Assembly: GCA_002633005.1 (NCBI GenBank)
Contig: NMRA01000532.1
Location: 228,193 to 292,192, forward strand
Length of the DNA: 64,000 nt
Direction of reading: 5' to 3'
From: Phoronis australis
Lineage: Eukaryota; Animalia; Phoronida
In this document: in pieces, positions 36,420 to 50,159 of the stretch
Layout: each line of letters starts with the position of its first letter
Numbering within the stretch: the stretch's first letter is position 1
Program-made: the position numbers and the translations under genes
Notes under the pieces: generated by a model
What the model saw: the letters and a program-made list of their open reading frames with translations, nothing else
What the model was told of the DNA's origin: nothing
Database searches by the model: none

Positions 36420-39400
36420 TCACAAATGGAAATGCTGCATCTGTTCCAAGGATTCCGGTGAAAATGTATCAATACTGCCCTGAAATTTAAAACAAAAAAT
36501 AATAAAATCAAAATTTATCCTATGAAATATCTTAAAGTGTCATGTTTTGTATACTCCTTACAATGACCCAACACGCAAATTATAGACCATTTTACATAAC
36601 CAGTAAAAAACATGTCTTAAAATTTTATGAACAGTGACAGGAAATGACGTACATCCCCGAAAATACGGTTCGCGCCAATTCCAAACAAGAGTGGCAAAAA
36701 GCAATCAAAATGACATCAACCTTTTTTTACCGCGTATCAAAATTCAAGTGGAACAAACGGTAAAGAATATGGCCTTTTGAAATCACCCCAAAAAACGGAT
36801 TCGAACTCACGACCTCAAGAGTCGCAATCCAACTCATTGCTAGCTGTAAATAGCAGAGTATTTTAAATGCAATAACTAACAAACTTGTCGGCCTTCATTT
36901 CAGCGAATGACAAGCGGTCAACGGCGAGAATTGAAGGGTTGCAATAAAATCATGAAAACGCAAAGGATTTTGTGGTGTTGTAGCTCTGATCAAAGCAGTT
37001 AATACGCTTCAGGAAGTCTTTCCTGTCCAGAAATAATCCCCAAAATGCGTTTGTGGTTATACACCATGTTCTGCGACTCAAACTGTTTTGCATCCCGTTG
37101 GGCAACCTTCTGAACTTGAATACTGCTTCTCACGAGTTTCAAGTTACACGCCAAATCATACTGAAGGCTGATACCAATTGCTCAAATGGGCTGTGAATAT
37201 CTGAGATCGGTAGGTCAGAACTAATCAGCTTATTTTTTTATTTTCTTGTTAAGTTCTTGATTAACGTCGTGATGCAAGCCATGCAACTGATTATCTCGTC
37301 AGTTGCATCCAGCTAGTCTCCGATAGTTACAAACCTGGGCTCGAATCAGCCGGAGATAATCGATCTTGTATTCAACTACCCCCTATGCACATGCAGGTAT
37401 AGGCTTCCTCAGATTCACTCTTTACTTTATCCCATGGCGGAGAGCGTTGCTGTAATTTTTTGACAAGAACATGCCTGTCTTTTGACAGAGAACTCGTTGT
37501 TACATTTAGGTGATTTAACTTTCTTTTTTGAGCAGTTACCTCGTGTGAGTATCTGTTGATGACGTCAGACACTTTATCAAACCCTAGCTGTTGAGCTCGT
37601 TGCTTTAAACTGGTCTTTTGTTGAACGTTCTTGCCAACAGCGATGTCACTTCCCATCGATTGTTTCATACACGATTGCTTATTCATCTGCAAGCAGTCAA
37701 TACAGATTTAGTTTAACTATAGCCGACAACTGACACCTTAGTGAAAAGACAACGGAGAAAGCAACATGCACGCAATTAGAAAACATGATTGTAGTTGCTA
37801 GGTAATTATTATGGCAATGGTTACAGAACGGAGCAAAAATTAGCGAAAGGAGCATTTCCTAACAAGCAGCAATACGTAGGCCCTGAAACTATTCTTCCGA
37901 ATCACTTTTGGTTTTGTTTTCTGCTGCTTGCTAGAACTTAAACTGCAACTAGATGTGCGAGCCGTAGAGGCGAGAGTCGCTAGGGGCTAGAGAACACACA
38001 CCATCATTCAGTAGCACGCGTTTTATCACTGGTTGATGTAACCTCGGCAGTCATTGGTTACCTTACAACAAAGAAAGAAAATGGCGGACTGTGAACGATT
38101 TTAGCCTTTTCATGCAAGTGACGTGACAGCAAATATTTCGCTTCTGCAGCAATGTTGAATAGCCGCGTGCCTGAAGCACATACAATGCACACGCGTCTGG
38201 CTGATTTAATCGGTGTTATTCATATACAGTGTAAATAAAGGACAGCAACGTAAACAGAATTCAGCGACAATAGGAAAATGCTTTCCGAAAAGGTTAAACC
38301 ACAACTTTCCGATTCACATTTCTTGAACATAAATTCAGCACCGACTCTGTACAACAGACCACAAACTATATTCACATACACTTCCACCATCAGTTACGTT
38401 AGTTTGTTTACGTAAAGCGCCAGCTGTTGAGAATTCAACCAGCCAATCAGAAGCGCCGGTGTAAAAAAACTTCCCGGGGAAAATTAAATGATATCTGCGT
38501 GTTCTCTACCCCCTATAGCGGACACGCAGGGAACAAGCCAGCAGACTAGTTTCATGAGCGAGATTCTTGCGTCCGCACGGAACTCTATGCAGGTACAATA
38601 ATAAATACGCATAGCCCAAAAAGCGCCAAGAGGTATTATATTTGGGTTAAATAATTACAAATAAATCTATATACAATTATTATACACAAATGCTCTATGC
38701 AGGTGGAATGTGTGTTAAAAGTAAAAAAAAATGTCGAGAGGAACGATCGTCATCTGGAACCTAGCTTTTGTTAAAATTACTTTGTGAAGTTTGTTCATAA
38801 ATACGAACCCGACAGAGTAATGTCAGCGATGGTATCATTACGTCGCATCATTACCTGCTTCCAAATGTCCACTTTACACCCACACTTGATAAGTTCAACA
38901 GCGATATCGTCTGCTCCACACTCCAAGCAGTCGAACAGCAGGAAACTGAATCTGTCCATGCCACAGTGTGGCGCTACCTCCAACACGAGATCGTTTACCA
39001 GACCCAAGTCGTGGTTCTGCAATTGATCGTTATGCAATGTGTTACACTCCAGTATGAGTCACCGAAAAGTAAAAATAGTTAGGATTGTACATTAAATACG
39101 CTATTTCAGTCTATTGTTGCACATCGCGAGAAAAGAGGTGGCGAATCTAGGATATATCTATGTTATATGAAGGTGATGCAGAATTTCATACCTGTATCTC
39201 AAAACGCTAAAGATTACCTGAATACAAACATTATTGTAAACCCACCGCCTTGAACAAAAGGATTACTGTGAATTTGTTGTCATCAGCGACAGAGCATTAG
39301 CCTGCTCACGTGTAGTGTGAATTGCCTTCCGTAATGTTGCAAACGTAAGTTTCATGGTAAAGGCATACAGAGCTAGTTCTATGGTAGAATGTGATACAGT

Positions 39401-42400
39401 ACGCCGAGTGTAACTAACAAAGGCAAGCAATGAATATAAAGGTATATTGCAAATTATAACACTGTCTATATTTTTACTGAAATGTCTAAAATTGTATGAT
39501 GTAGAATAGTTGAGTCATGTTTACATTCACATTTGAAAATTCAGTAGTATTGAGGAGTGCCTACGAAACGAGAACATTCGGGCGGCCTGCATTTGTGAGA
39601 TAACTGACGTAAGAGGAGTGTGACACGTACAAGTGTACATGTAAACTAATTCATTTGGTTCTTTGGTGATAAAACAATGGATTGGCAAAACGAATAGGTG
39701 ACCAATGAGAAAAAAGCTTTTTCGTAATAGAATTTGCATTTGGTGTGTTACGTGAGGGGTACAGCTCGTGGAAACAGGGGTGCAAAGTTGCCAAAATGTT
39801 AGCTCCCTGTAAATCTATTTGTTGACAAACGCACCAATCTGAAAACAGCAAAAATCATGTATTGTAAGTCTCACCTGGAAATGAATCTAATACAATCCAG
39901 AACACTGTCTTCACTTACCTGGATTGCTCTGTAAAGACGTGATTCGAAAGCTGAGTTTTGAAGATACATCCTGAGGTCAAATTCGCAAACTTCCTTAACA
40001 AGCTGCCCGTGGACGTAGGTTCCACACTCCGTTTTCTTGTAGTAGTCTGCTCTGTTCTTGTACTGGCAAATAAGACATGCGCAATCGTAACATCACTCCC
40101 AACTCCTTAGTGGTCGCATAAGGCTTGTAGCTTAGAGGGATTCAGTTGATGACAGTTACCAAGCTGCACGTTTTCGTACAGTTGTTGAAATTCGACATCA
40201 TTTGTCATCATATAAAACATAGCCTGCACAGTTTAAGGACCAGAGTGCTAATTGGCCTCCCAAAAAGACCAGTGGAGTGTAGAAGGCGCATTTTCAATCA
40301 CCAGCAAGTCAGACTTTTCACTTAGATTGCAAAGACAGTAGTTTCACTTCGATTCGTGAGACAGGTCCGTTGACACAAAATATGAGTATTGTTGCAATCT
40401 AGACATACTTCAAATTTCATAAAAAGCGAGACAATTTCAAAGGAGACAGTCAAGCCGAATGCACATTGGAAAATGTTTCGACTCTTTTTCACTGCTGTAA
40501 ATCCGGACTTCAATCTTCAGATTCTGTTTTTTGTGTTTTTACGCTTGATTCTCCAACCTATGGGCGCCCACTTGTGGAGCTGTGCCCACATAGCAATTTC
40601 CGCGCATGTCCCAAAACAAAGTATTTTAGGAAAAGCCGTAATAGCATGGGAGAGAAGGTTCAGGGATGCTGTTATGGTTATCTCGGACCTTAATAAACGA
40701 TCTCAACTCTAAATCAAATATCGAAAAATCTATGCTTCGTCAATCATTAAAAGTACACATTTTCAGAAAGTAGGATAGTTCGGTGGCAGCCCTCCGTTAA
40801 CACAAACTTCGTTGAAAACACGACTGAACTTTTTGTTTGAAAGCTGTATGTCTACTAATTATCTGAGAGACGAACATGCTTAGAAGATTGTAAGGGATAA
40901 CGTTAAGGTGGTGACACCTGGTGATAGATCGAATGTAGTTTTAGCAAAACTGGTTTGGGAGTGAATGTATCTTTCTTGCACATGAAAATTTGACTTAAAA
41001 AGTGGTCACGTGACAATATTAAAGACACAGTAGTAAGAAGCATGTTTTTAAAATCCTCAATCTTTCTTCTTTCAGGACATATATACTTCTAATTGTTGAC
41101 AAAGCATAGCTTTTACGACATTTGACTTAGAATTTTTGTCATTTTTAATGTCCTAGACAACCTTAATTTCGCATTTGTCCAAGTTAAGAATAATTAATTA
41201 ACCGAAAAGAACTAAAGATAGATGAAACATATACACACGTTACCTATTTAAGATTTCTTCTAGAACAAGGGAAACCAGCTGCGCCTCCAAGTAGAACTTA
41301 AACCCATTAGAATATCCAATGTTTCGAATGTAGGCTTAAATATGTGTATCTATTGGGTGAGGCTGGAGCAAAATCGACAACGAAAAAGACTTTACACACG
41401 TGAAATATTCCCGTACGCCTGACCAATTTATGAAGTTAATAATGAGCCCATACCACGTCAAGAGCTGAATCCTTCCCACCCGCTTTCTGAATGAGATCGA
41501 TGACGTCAGAACTATCGAGGAGTAGGTACGCATAGTGCAGTGGTGTTCGCTCCATCTGCAAGCAGAAGCAAGTTCTCATACTATGGGTAAAAACTTTTAA
41601 GTATTAAATTGGCGTTGCGAAACTTTATCTTATTAATCAGAGATATTACGGTTTTCGAAAAAGACGTGCGTTATGTTAGAATATGATGAAACATGTGGCA
41701 GGTACATATACTTCCTCAAACGTGCAGCGTTCAGGCAAGACTAACAACTATACCTCCCTATTCACCTCTTTCAGAGGTTTAAGTTTTGGAACGTCAAGCT
41801 TTTTGAATATTCCTAGATGCGACGTATAGTTTTGTTTAATTTCAAACGGACTGCGAAAATACTGGCACCAACTGAGAATACTAGTTTTCACTCGACGGGA
41901 ATCCTTATGACATTCAGGAACCCGAGGAGTGCACAGCCCATATATTTGGGTAGCGAGTGTCAATGGGGCTTGAAAATTTCTCCTAGTTTATACTATCCAA
42001 AAGGAAAATTGCAGCCCAGGCTTAACCAGATTATCAAATGTAACATACATTTCCCATCAGCGCAGGTGCAAAGTACGGCAAATACCCACCTTGTACCCAA
42101 AATTGTGAAAGACGGATTGCTATTTCAGCGGGACGCCCCAAGTACCCATCTTACACTACGTACATGTAACTACCAAGTTTGGGAAGCCGACGAAGAACTA
42201 GTGGTTCACTGGCGCGCTGTTTGCGTCGAGATGGAAAAATGGAGCTCTAGTTATACCCAACTCTAGGATTAGAAGACATAAAAAGGATACCGTGCCGAAG
42301 TGATTCCTTCAGAAATAAATAAACGACAACAACTCACATTGTCAACTTGGTTCACCAAGGACGGTGATGCAACCACTATGTATTTCACTAGATCTACGTT

Positions 42401-45400
42401 TTCGCCAAGTATCGCAAGATGAAGAACAGTTCGCCCGCCACGGTCACGTGACATGGCTATGTCGTCTGTGGCAAATGTTTGGTAGTTCTCAATATCCCCG
42501 TCAACCGATGCCTGTTGGATGACTCTTGCGCGTTCCTTGAAAGAGAAATGGATTTGTAGTGCACCAGGCCACACTAGGGATTCTAAAAATGTGTTGGCAT
42601 TTATAAATGAATAATTTATATGCTCATCGGTTGTATTTCACCGGTGTCTTGCCGAGGCAAGTTCACTCATTATGAACTTGGACAGCTTGACAGACTTTAA
42701 AGCCTCTCTTACGAATACTTAGACTGGTGAATCATCCCTTCTTTTGCGTGCATGGCTGGAAAGTGTTAACAAAGCAGTTTCCCACCATTGGACAGGTTCG
42801 GTTTCCTGTTAAGGTGCATAGAACAAGCACTTTTAATTGTGAATTCGAAGCAACTTTACATCTTAAGCCTTACCAGTGTTACTGGGATACTGTCCAAGAG
42901 GTCAACTACATGTAGGTCTTTGCGACGTTTTTCCATGGCTTTATCCAGCACGGTGGCGCCACTTTCATTTTTTAAATCTAATATGTGGTCGTATCCATTC
43001 AATATCAAGCGAGTAAGGTAGCAAGTGCCATCCTGTTGGAAAATTTTCCGGAAAACAAAATTGTCTATGCAGTCGGCGTACTTTACCCAGCCTTCTCCTG
43101 TTGCCAGATCACGTGCGGTTCGTCCATTTTTATTACGGGACGAAATATCCATTCCGAAATTTAACAAAAGATTCACAAAGGCTACAGATTTTTGATGTCG
43201 CATGGCCTCGTATAAAACAGTCTCTCCATCGGAGTCCTTAGCCGCCATGTCGGCTGATTCAAGCACAACAGTCAATACTTTCTTCGACACCGCCACATCT
43301 TGCCGGATAACCTGTTAACACAAACCAATTAAAAGGTGTTTTGCCACAAGGGTACGAAAATGAAAAGCATTCGTATTTTTACTCTTGAATTAAAATGTTT
43401 GCAGATGAAGTTTTGTTCCTGATTTGTTACATCGCAAAACTTTTCAGGGGTATTCCATTCATCCTATTTCCCGTGACATTTTGTTTGAAAACTTGGCAAG
43501 CTTTGAAGCTTATAACAGGATTTTACAGCCGCACATCACTGGATGTTCAGGAAGTAAACAATAAAACACACTGTTTTTGACCTCCAGGTTTACAAATTTC
43601 ACAGTTTCATCACTGAAAACGTTAGTATAACATTCAATGTATGGTTTTTCATTAAAACTCACACGTCTCTTTAAGTCGAGTTAGTAAAAATGACACAGTC
43701 TGTTCTCTTTTCAACCTGGACTGTATTTTAATGATGAACCGTAATTTTGTTCTACATTATCTCACGAGTTTAGCCACTTACATGTACATGTTATGGTCCG
43801 ACAAATTTAGATTTGGAAACTTCCTGTCAAAGATCGTGAAGTAAAATGGTGAACCGGTATCGTTCGAAAACTCCTGCATGAAACTGATAATACAAAATTT
43901 CAAAGTAGAGCTTCTTGTGATACATATTGTCACGTGACACATATTGTCACTCGAGCATTACACAGCCATTAGAAGAACACTGATACCTGGAAAAATAGAG
44001 GCTGCAAAACATGTGACCCGTCTCGAATCACACACACGCGGCAGTTGACATCAGCACCACCTTCCAACAGGACTTTAACAACGTCTTCGAAGCCTGCACT
44101 GCATGCGGCCATTACAAGCGGCTGGGGTGTGATTGGATTCGCAATATCCTTGCGATAGGAAAAGTCTTTGGTGTTGACATCCACGTTTGATGATTTTCCT
44201 GCTGCAAAAACGAATTTTGACGTTATCTTGGGAGTCTAAGTAATGAAAGAAAAATCTTCAATACATACCACTTGATTTTAACTGTTTATTTGTTTTGTTA
44301 TAATATGGTGTCCTTAGATGTACACGTGCATGTTTTGTAAGTTTTAGGAGGGCCTGGCCCGAGACCACAGGTTCGAAAACGACTCGGAACTTAGCTCTCA
44401 CGAACGTTTGAAATTGACTGTAGTGTACCGCTCAATTCGTTGACTTGGGCGCTGATTTTCTAGTAAACTTTATCACCAGACATGGAATGGGTTACAATTA
44501 ACAGCAAAAACGACCCTAAACTCTTAGCCCTTAAAAAGACTAAGTGTTTAATTAGAATCTTACCTGTTTTTATTATCCTTTCCAACATTCCCCCGTCGCC
44601 TGCTAATGCTGCAATCACCATTTCATTCGTTTCTGCCTTAGCCTTCAATGAATCCCGAACTTCTTTAGCACAAAGTTTCACGTACGGAGCAAGCCAGTCG
44701 ACTTGTTCGACCTTGTCACCCTTCCGAACTGGAATTTTAGATCGACACCAAAAGTTCAGCAGTCTCTCCAGCTTCGTGAGGTCAGTCTGGAGTCCATTTA
44801 TGACGTGCTTTAATCCTGCAACAAGTAATGTTAGGCAAACGGTTGCTGATGTGATAAATTGCAGTAGGAACCAGCACACAATTAACGCATACATAGTATA
44901 CATGCCTTATATCATAACCAACAATTTCAGTTAAAACAATGACAATATCTAAAACAAAAATAATAGCAGATGACAAGACCTACATGTATACAGCAAAATA
45001 CAAGGTATCCAAAACTCATTTTCAAAAGAAGATTTGAAGTAATCTTGAACATTGTAGTGAACTAGTTCCGGAATGTCAGGCAATGCTATTAGAAAATGAA
45101 ATAAAACCTTACCAGGATTGTACATTTCAAACCAATAGAACAGCGTCTCCCATCCCTGAGGTTTGGTCTGCAACAAAACATCCTTTGCCGTTTCGCCTTT
45201 ATTATTACTAAGTAAGGGATCCACTCCGCACCTGCAACAGAATGACATTCTTTAAACGAAAGAATACTGGTTGAACGAGGCTTGTGGGACAATTGTAACA
45301 GCGAGAATTCATGGGCGGCGCAGCACTGAAAAAAGTGGGGGGCTAAAGCCTCCCCAGCCCCCTCCCCCTGTGGTGAAGCGCCTATAGACCGTGGGCGGTG

Positions 45401-48400
45401 CAGCGATGAAAAAAGTAGGGGGCTATAGACCCCCAGCCCCCTATGGTGCGTCGCCCATGGAATTACTTCCGCTGAGAGAAATTTAGCCGTCTAAATATAC
45501 CGTGACACAATGCACGGTTTCTCATCCACTCGCGTGCAAATCCTCTTTGCGCAAGAGTCGCCTAATGAATTTTAGTTTACGTCTGTTTTGACGACTTATT
45601 GCCAATGGCACTCAAAGTCTCATTTTTCGCAAGCATTTTCTTCTCTGTTTTTCTTTTTTAATGGTATATGATATGAATTAGACTCTGAAACCAATGTGTG
45701 TAACACGTGTGTGCGCCATCACACGTAATTTAGGAAAACGTGATCTTAGCCGCCGCCAGTCTTGTTCTCACACTAGTGCACCAGTGACTACCAACAAACA
45801 GTGTTGACATCACATGCAAACAGAATTTCCTCATCATCAGATGTACAATAGCAATTAGTTTACCACTGCACCTTATGTCACCGAACTTACATGTACCTGC
45901 ACCTTGCTTTGAAATGTAACTTTATACTGGTCACCACGGTACCTAGCTGCTTGAATCGAGCTGTCATTTGAATTACATGTAATCTTTGTTGACGTGAATA
46001 CCAGGTTTAGTAATGTGGACTCAGTGACATGGAATCGTGGCTTCACCGCTTTGTGCAACGATTAATTTTCACCCACGGCCTTTGCGATCATTTCGAGGAG
46101 GCAGTGTGGCCTGGTTGACAAGTGCCCGCTTTCTTTACTCGAGGTCGTGGGTTCAAGTCCCACCAGGTCACACTGCCAAACCCTTGAGCCAGGTTTCTAG
46201 CTCCTCAGCTCGGTTTTAACCATATATCAATAAAGCATAAAAATATTTCCAGGTGATCAGTGCAATGGGCCCACATGCGAGGCCTGCGCACGTCTGATAC
46301 AACGTGTATCAGACCGCCTGCAATTATTTTTTTTATTTGCGATCATTTGGCTTCACGGATTAACAGTTTCAGTGAATTATCTTCGGAAACAGATAGACAA
46401 GGGACGTCCGCCATGTTTGCTTTGGACGTACGGTAACTATGGTAGGCGTGGCCTAACTGAATTTGTTGGAACTATCCATTGTGGTTAAACGCCGTCTAAC
46501 TGAGCCTGAGTTACAAGCTCGGGCCGAAATCTCGCCCGGGTCGCTTCTTGAGTGTTTGACTTACCTAAGAAATGCTACTAATACATTGTACGGGGCCCCA
46601 TGCTGTCGACACAGTACGTGAAGGCAAGTCTCTCCTGCGTCGTCTGTACCATCAACATCTATCTGACACCTGCAAGCAATATATTTGTGGGTAGGGTTAT
46701 GACGGTTACAGCGGTTATCACTCGTCACGATACCTACAGTACAACTGGACGAGTGCGTTCCGTATTAGACGGAAGAAATTCGTGAAAACGCGTAGGGGGC
46801 ATGTTTTCTCGAGACAAGGCCATCCATCACAGAGTGCGTGCGAAGCACGTGATCACAGTACTTTTTTCTCGGAAGTGTCCAACTGCAGATACTGGAAAAT
46901 AAAGTCGCGTGTCGACTCAGCGACAAGGGAGACCGCCGTTCACTCACATTTCATAAAGAATGCCGTTAAGTACAGTATAATTTGGAGTTTCTGGTAATCT
47001 GTTTATAAATCGCCGACTTTAAAAAATCTACCTTAAATAGCAACACACGTAAAGACATGGTCAGTTGATTCAATTAATGGCTGTTTGGTAAAAATACAAA
47101 GATAAAATTACACAGGCTTTCCGAAAAAATACCGACTTAAAATCCGTAGTTTTGTGCATGACTAAATACAATACACATGCGCACTCGTCGACGTGGCGCT
47201 ATGTAAGCCTGATACTTCAAACAGTGAAATTTGATTATGACGAAGCACAACTTTCTTACATGGCGTTTAAATTTTTGGAGGCGATATGAACTCATGCAAA
47301 TTCAATACCGTGTACGTTAAGTAAAAACGTCATTCTGTTAGCGCGGCATAACCTAAATGTGTACAGTACTTATTACTAAACCCTGTTTTGGTGATTTCCA
47401 CCAAACCTCGTTCTGTTACCTGCTAATGCGCCCTTGGCGTCAATCTTAGGCAGGAATCAACTAAAAACTCATACTCCCTATGTCACAGAGTGGACACTAT
47501 GGTCCTTGCAGGTTGGTCTTTTCCCACAATTCGCTAAAAGCGTACGCCATGGTTGAAAGGAATATTCAAATTTTGCTCCAAACTTTTGAGGGTTGTCGAG
47601 GGTTTCAAAGCGTGCGCGCACCCAGGGGGGGGGCTCGGGGAGCTCGAACGAGCCCCCCTCCCCCCCCAATTTGGCNCCCCCCCCCCCCCCCAATTTGGCG
47701 AAATGGGCAAAAAGGTCCTTCCGTGAGACAAAATGTCCGAGTAAATGGGACAAAAGTCCACTAAAGAAGCGCAAACGCGCAATTCACTGTGGTGCTTCCG
47801 TTTTTTTTGTCTGTCCGCTCATTTGTTAGCAAAAGGTCCACAACGTCAGGAATTCGAGCCCCCAATATTGAAGGCTGGGTGCGCGCATGCAAAGCATTAT
47901 TTTGCTTCAGGGAACTGGATGAGAAGGTTTTTTGGTATCTGTTAAATATGTATAGGTCAAAACCGGGTTTGATATTCTTTTAACAGGCGCCTTCATCTTT
48001 GACAAGTTTTCTTCCCATTTGCTGTTTCTAAACATGAACAATGTAAGGGATTGAATTCTTTCCCAGGGTGTACAAATTGCTTAGAATATTTGGCCGTCAT
48101 AATTATTTGTTAGTGTTATAATTATTTATTACTGTCATTATTCCTGGCTTCTCATTGTCGAAATCAGACTGATTGTGCGCTCGGTGAACGGTAGCCGGCC
48201 GGGCGAGAGCAAAGTGTTTTTTCAGCCTTTACTTCACCAAGAAACGGATGCTCACTAGTGATGTACAGTACGCCTACGCTTCTCACCTCAGACAAAGTTG
48301 GTATACCACTGGTAGAGCACAAGGATGCGAGAATGTACGTGATCTCTCAGCCACGTGGTGTAACAGCGTTCGACCGCGAAGGTCCTGGATGCTGACGTCA

Positions 48401-48531
48401 CGGCCCTGGTTGATCAAGCTCAATACGCACTTGGCTACAGTTGATGCATCTTCGGTGGTCAAAGCTTGGAATAGGCGCGTGTTTTCAAACACCAAAACCT
48501 CGCTGACATCTGCACGTGTATTGGTCGACAT
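36420..48531 (-). CDS. Ankyrin-repeat protein, 728 aa, 12 coding exons: 48531-48287, 46669-46565, 45231-45113, 44815-44564, 44201-43987, 43311-42874, 42535-42338, 41555-41454, 40062-39919, 39016-38855, 37686-37540, 36479-36420
   Basis: Phase-consistent GT-AG junctions give 2187 nt in frame. Ankyrin motifs: DLRGRTLLHHVA, DDAGETCLHVLC, NNKGETAKD, DSDGETVLYEAM, NKNGRTARDLA, NESGATVLDKA, DRGGRTVLHLAI, MERTPLHYAY. The ATG directly follows an acceptor, so upstream exons exist. The last exon is less certain because exon 11 could instead read through to a stop at 37372. Confidence 0.85.
37981..38515. mobile_element. MITE in an ankyrin-gene intron
   Basis: TIRs TAGGGGCTAGAGAACAC / GTGTTCTCTACCCCCTA. 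Confidence 0.7.
45310..45459. mobile_element. 150-bp MITE with a 5-bp target-site duplication
   Basis: TIRs CATGGGCGGCGCA / TGCGTCGCCCATG, flanked by GAATT on both sides; built from two similar internal halves. Confidence 0.75.
46095..46275 (+). mobile_element. tRNA-derived SINE, copy 1
   Basis: A-box-like TGGCCTGGTTG and B-box GGTTCAAGTCC, followed by a body shared with 58245-58392 (minus strand). Confidence 0.75.
47403..47970 (+). repeat. Dispersed repeat (second copy at ~50379-50661), here interrupted by a MITE
   Basis: CCTCGTTCTGT..GCTAATGC..TTGGCGTC..CAACTAAAAA.TCATACTCCCTA.GTCACAGA...AAACCGGGTTT is shared by both copies. Confidence 0.7.
47611..47889. mobile_element. MITE with a 5-bp target-site duplication
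   Basis: TIRs CGTGCGCGCACCCAG / CTGGGTGCGCGCATG, flanked by CAAAG on both sides. Confidence 0.8.
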
Positions 48532-48936
48532 CTGAAAGGTTAAGTGCGTCTAGAGTACTAACTGAACAACTACAGCGCTTTAAATTAGCCGGAAACTATA
48601 TGGTGGCCAACTAAGAACGATCGAGATACCGTCATGGACCGTCGAAAATAAAAGTTCCCAGTTGTAGGGGATGTGAGAACAAATTTGTCATTTGATCTCT
48701 GACACCTCGTACGACAGGCCATGTCCCTCGCCCTAACACCCCTTTCTCCCACTCTCCCTTCCCTTCCCCGCGGTTACCCCTCCATGTCTCCCTTTAATTC
48801 CTCAGTCCGCCCCTCCCCAAGTCCCTCGGGCCTTACATTTGTCATTTGCCCAACTAATCGACACTTTGTCAAGTTGCAAAATCGACAAAACCAAACTACC
48901 AATTTGAATTATTTTGAGAAGCGCATGTACACCAAT

Positions 48937-50159
48937 ACACTCGCCGTGCGTGTCCTCCCTATCAAAGCAGTAAAACTCCCGACATGTTCTGCAATTTAAC
49001 TGATATTTCTCGTTTGTCCTAGGGACAGGCCGGACAACATGCATACAGCAAGCGAGAAATCTGTTGAGTTCTTACCGTCAGGTGCCTCCTTCCTCCCATT
49101 TAGTTTCTTTTATTAGTTTTAAGCCCAGGATTCGCATCCCAATTAAGAACCCCGCCGGCGACGAATACTTCACTTACTGAAGGTTGATGGAATTATCCCT
49201 CAGTCAGAAGTATGTGTAGTAAAGTTCAGATTGCAAATTTGAATTGGTACACAGGTTTTTGATCACACGGCAGCTTACCTGTATATAGCAGTAGGAACCG
49301 GCTGTGAACTGTATATCTGCAGTCTACGCCGTAGTAGCCTTGAATCATTTGATGCACGAATTGTCGTCATCAAGTTGTGTCAACAGAGACATCTTCGCTG
49401 TTGCCTAACGACGTCTGACGGGATTTTCAGTCGTGTTTACCTTGTGTAAATACTATCTAGTGATGCCTTTGCCTGATTACACGTAAACGAATAAACATTA
49501 ATACAGAGTCCGCCTCTACATGTTATTCCGGACGTCCGTAGATTGCNACACTCGCCGTGCGTGTCCTCCCCGGCTATCAAAGCAGTAAAACTCCCGACAT
49601 GTTCTGCAATTTAACTGATATTTCTCGTTTGTCCTAGGGACAGGCCGGACAACATGCATACAGCAAGCGAGAAATCTGTTGAGTTCTTACCCAGGTGCCT
49701 CCTTCCTCCCATTTAGTTTCTTTTATTAGGTTTAAGCCCAGGATTCGCATCCCAATTAAGAACCCCGCCGGCGACGAATACTTCACTTACTGAAGGTTGA
49801 TGGAATTATCCCTCAGTCAGAAGTATGTGTAGTAAAGTTCAGATTGCAAATTTGAATTGGTACACAGGCTTTTGATCACACGGCAGCTTACCTGTATATA
49901 GCAGTAGGAACCGGCTGTGAACTGTATATCTGCAGTCTACGCCGTAGTAGCCTTGAATCATTTGATGCACGAATTGTCGTCATCAAGTTGTGTCAACAGA
50001 GACATCTTCGCTGTTGCCTAACGACGTCTGACGGGATTTTCAGTCGTGTTTACCTTGTGTAAATACTATCTAGTGATGCCTTTGCCTGATTACACGTAAA
50101 CGAATAAACATTAATACAGAGTCCGCCTCTACATGTTATTCCGGACGTCCGTAGATTGC
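48937..50159. repeat. ~610-bp tandem duplication joined at a single N (49547); probable assembly artefact
   Basis: 48937-49546 and 49548-50159 are near-identical apart from small indels. Confidence 0.9.

Noticed and set aside
39192-39217. Possible 26-nt micro-exon in the ankyrin gene
   Set aside because: It would shift the frame between two phase-0 junctions that already join cleanly.
46095-46175. tRNA gene
   Set aside because: A/B boxes are present, but there is no clean cloverleaf and the sequence continues into a body shared with a second dispersed copy, so it is called a SINE.
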